A program made the translations under genes and the position numbers. A model generated the notes under the pieces. The model was not told the origin of the DNA and did not search any database. It saw nothing but the letters and a program-made list of their open reading frames with translations. From contig NC_092676.1 of the NCBI RefSeq assembly GCF_964355755.1, positions 16,944,871-17,008,870 on the forward strand: a stretch of 64,000 nt of DNA, in the 5' to 3' direction. The first letter of the stretch is position 1, and each line of letters opens with the position of its first letter. Below, piece by piece: positions 60,796 through 64,000 of this stretch. The stretch is from Antedon mediterranea. Lineage: Eukaryota > Animalia > Echinodermata.

Positions 60796-63777
60796 ATGAT
60801 ATTTAACTTAAATGACATTAACCCTAATGATGATATCAATATTGAAGAAACTAAATATTACCAGATAAACGATTTTAATCTAAGTTTTAAGAACTCGATA
60901 CATGCCAATCACTTCTCCATTCTAAGCCTGAACTGCCGTAGCATGGTCAACAAATTCGATGATATTTTGAATCTGATTAATTCAATAAATCACTCCTTTT
61001 CAATTATTGCCCTAGAAGAAACATGGATTTCTCCAAATTCTACAACATCACTGTACGAAATACCAAAATATACATTTATTCATAAAGATAGGATAGGACG
61101 AAGAGGAGGAGGAGTTGCTCTCTATCTATCAGAAACCCTTAGTTACGAGATGCGAAATGACCTCGCTTCAATACTGACCGAAGGAGAATCTATATTTATT
61201 GATGTTAAAATAGAAAATAAAACAATATCTTGCGGAGTAATATATAGGCCCCCTGATACAAATGTACAAACTTTCAACAATCAGTTGTCAATAGTCATGC
61301 AGATGATTAACAAAGAAAATAAGCTAGCATACATTACTGGTGATATGAACTTAGACATTAGCCAACACATGAGAGACAAAAACATCGAATCCCACCTTGA
61401 CAATATCCAGTCCCAGTCCTTCACTTTTCTTATTAATAAGCCCACAAGAATAACAGAAAACTCTGCTTCCATAATAGATAATATTCTCTACAATTCCCAT
61501 CTAACAAATAACATAAACACTGGTATCATATATTCGGATATATCCGACCACCTTCCAATATTCTGCATAAACACATCCGAAACTCACCATTATCATAACA
61601 ACGTATACTGTTATAAACGCGAAAACAAACAGTACAACATTGATCATTTTAAGCATGAACTTGCAAATCAACAATGGCAGGATGTCCTAGAATCAAATGA
61701 CGCAAACAAAGCATATCAACATTTTTCCACAACTCTGCAATCATTAGTTAATATATGCTTTCCAATAAAAAAGATAAAACTCAAAGCTAATAAACTTCAA
61801 TCTCCTTGGATAACGGAATCAATTGCTAAGTCAATTGTTACTAGAAACAAATTATATAGCAAATACAAACGTAGACCGACAAACATAAATAAATCTAAAT
61901 ATACAAACTATAGAAACGTACTTACCAATATTATTAGAAAACGAAAAAAGGAATACTATTTTAATAAATTTGAAAAAAATAAAAATAATATGAAAGAAAC
62001 GTGGAATGCCATTAATCAACTTTTAGGTAGGAAGAAAAAATCCAAACTGCCATCAAACCTAAAACATGTGACAGAGACATACACTAACCCAGAAACAAAA
62101 TCCGATGCATTCAATTCTTACTTTATTAATATTGGGAAACAATTAGCTGACAAAATTAACCATGATAACAACCCTGCCATTGATCCAACGTCATATTTGA
62201 CTGGTAACTACCTTAATTCTATGTATTTCAGACCCACAACAGAATACGAAATAATGACATACATTAATAAATTAGAAACAGATAAAACACCAGGTCACGA
62301 TGATATCAGTGCTCACTATATCAAGTACAATTCCGTCTACCTTACAAAACCTATTTCACACTTAATAAACGTTTCACTCGCCACTGGCCGATTCCCTGAT
62401 GAACTAAAATGTGCCAAAACTATACCTGTTTTTAAAAGTGGCGATAGGCAAAACCTTAATAATTATCGACCCATATCAATCTTACCATGTCTTTCTAAAA
62501 TATATGAAAGAGTTGTCTACGACCAAACCATTTCATACCTTAATAAATACAACATGATAAATCAATCTCAATATGGATTCCGACAAAAACATTCAACTGC
62601 ACATGCTCTACTACACACACTAGAAAAAATAACATCAGCAATTGATAACAACTCATTCATTATAGGTGTTTTCCTAGATCTGTCGAAAGCTTTCGATACG
62701 ATCGATCATAGAATTCTAATCAATAAAATGGAATGCTATGGCATACGTGGTATTGTGTTAGACTGGTTCAGGAGTTACCTAAACCACAGAACTCAGTATG
62801 TTACTATTGAATCACACAAATCAATAAAAAGAGAAGTAAAAGTTGGTGTTCCACAGGGATCTATCATTGGCCCATTGCTATTTTTGTTATTTATAAATGA
62901 CGTATTTTGTGTAAGCAAAGTTGTCAAACTTATCATATTCGCGGACGATACAAACATATTCCTCAAACATAATGACCCCATAGTTGCATGTAATATACTA
63001 AACTGCGAATTACAACGACTAACCACTTGGTTTAGAGCTAACAAACTCTCAATTAATACAAATAAAACTAAATATATAATCTTTAGAGGGCGCCAGAATT
63101 TAACCGACTTCACAGACATGCAACTATACGTAAATAACACCACACTCGAAGAGGTAACCCATATCAAATTCTTAGGAGTTACCTTAGACAAATTTTTGTC
63201 CTTCTGTACCCATATTGATGGCATTGCAAACAAAGTTTCAAAGATAATAGGAATTCTGAATAAATTAAAGTATTTTTTACCATATATGACTCTATTGCAA
63301 ATTTATAAATCTATAATCCTTCCCCATTTAACGTATGCAATAGTAGTATGGGGCTCCTTCGGACCAAGTAAATTAAACCGACTTCACATCCTCCAGAAAA
63401 AAGCACTACGAATTATATGCAAAGTCCACTATCAACATCCTTCCCAACCGCTATTTATACAAACCAACACATTAAATATATTCGATCTTTATGAAAAACA
63501 TATGGCAATACTACTCTTCCAATATTATAATAAACAGCTCCCAATTACGTTTGACACTTACTTTCAAACAATTGAATCAACACATAATTATGATACCAGG
63601 AATAAAAAAAACTATACCACTGTACTAAAAAGAACCAAAATAGGACAACAAAGTTTATGCTATAGGGGTGCCAAGACATGGAATAGCCTTGAAAACTCAG
63701 TAAGAGAAATCAAGAGTATAGGACTATTTAAAAAAACAATTCATACTAATCTCCTCAAAAAATATTCTAATACCTAA
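60796..63777 (+). CDS. LINE ORF2p (APE endonuclease + reverse transcriptase)
   Basis: 993 aa, no stops; LNCRS, EETW, YRPP, GDMN, SDHLP; NYRPISIL, QYGFR, FLDLSKAFDT, GVPQGSIIGP, FADD, FLGV. Confidence 0.95.
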   Translation: MIFNLNDINPNDDINIEETKYYQINDFNLSFKNSIHANHFSILSLNCRSMVNKFDDILNLINSINHSFSIIALEETWISPNSTTSLYEIPKYTFIHKDRIGRRGGGVALYLSETLSYEMRNDLASILTEGESIFIDVKIENKTISCGVIYRPPDTNVQTFNNQLSIVMQMINKENKLAYITGDMNLDISQHMRDKNIESHLDNIQSQSFTFLINKPTRITENSASIIDNILYNSHLTNNINTGIIYSDISDHLPIFCINTSETHHYHNNVYCYKRENKQYNIDHFKHELANQQWQDVLESNDANKAYQHFSTTLQSLVNICFPIKKIKLKANKLQSPWITESIAKSIVTRNKLYSKYKRRPTNINKSKYTNYRNVLTNIIRKRKKEYYFNKFEKNKNNMKETWNAINQLLGRKKKSKLPSNLKHVTETYTNPETKSDAFNSYFINIGKQLADKINHDNNPAIDPTSYLTGNYLNSMYFRPTTEYEIMTYINKLETDKTPGHDDISAHYIKYNSVYLTKPISHLINVSLATGRFPDELKCAKTIPVFKSGDRQNLNNYRPISILPCLSKIYERVVYDQTISYLNKYNMINQSQYGFRQKHSTAHALLHTLEKITSAIDNNSFIIGVFLDLSKAFDTIDHRILINKMECYGIRGIVLDWFRSYLNHRTQYVTIESHKSIKREVKVGVPQGSIIGPLLFLLFINDVFCVSKVVKLIIFADDTNIFLKHNDPIVACNILNCELQRLTTWFRANKLSINTNKTKYIIFRGRQNLTDFTDMQLYVNNTTLEEVTHIKFLGVTLDKFLSFCTHIDGIANKVSKIIGILNKLKYFLPYMTLLQIYKSIILPHLTYAIVVWGSFGPSKLNRLHILQKKALRIICKVHYQHPSQPLFIQTNTLNIFDLYEKHMAILLFQYYNKQLPITFDTYFQTIESTHNYDTRNKKNYTTVLKRTKIGQQSLCYRGAKTWNSLENSVREIKSIGLFKKTIHTNLLKKYSNT

Positions 63778-64000
63778 AATCACAACGTATTATGAACAAA
63801 ATATTTTTCATTATCGATTTCTTTTTTTCTTTTTTTTATGAATGATCTGTTCTGGTCATATTTTTGAAATTGTTATTACATGTATAATAATATATATATA
63901 TATTTTTTTTATTCAACTGTCATTTATGATTATTGCTTATTGTCTCTATTGTTTACATTTATATTTACTAATTGTTATTGTTTTTATTGTAATTTATTTA

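Larger units (their letters stand above)
59150..64000 (+). mobile_element. Apparently intact CR1-group (L2/Crack-like) LINE; 3' end runs off the window
   Basis: GC-richer 5' leader (~59150, approximate), ORF1, 723-bp spacer, uninterrupted ORF2, T-rich 3' UTR. Confidence 0.9.

Overview
AT-rich eukaryotic (animal) genomic DNA, most likely an invertebrate deuterostome (echinoderm-like; inference from composition and repeat types only). I can support three host genes. (1) A + strand plastin/fimbrin gene: 13 coding exons reconstructed at 2334-30008, all GT-AG, 590 aa in one continuous frame, first coding exon not found in the window. (2) A - strand class A GPCR with a single coding exon (Moody/Tre1/GPR84/melatonin-receptor-like). 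(3) A + strand RING-Bbox-Bbox-coiled-coil-filamin TRIM gene with a single coding exon. The rest is dense in transposable elements. Retroelements: an apparently intact two-ORF CR1-group (L2/Crack-like) LINE, a full-length Rex1/Babar-like LINE with two in-frame TGA stops, a rearranged L1/Tx1 element and degraded LINE pieces. Non-autonomous DNA elements: Tc1/mariner-, hAT5-, Academ-, Kolobok-, PIF/Harbinger- and Helentron-like. There is also a 33 x 46-bp minisatellite. I found no prokaryotic-type system (no CRISPR, no operon) and no clearly new multi-gene system. The best leads are mobile-DNA structures: a hairpin-bearing minisatellite that looks amplified from a LINE 3' stem-loop, three CAGG-terminated elements with 5-bp TSDs, a 30-bp P-element-like footprint, a G-quadruplex-rich LINE inter-ORF spacer and a scrambled L1/Tx1 copy. 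Superfamily labels rest on termini/TSD rules and protein motifs, not on database searches.
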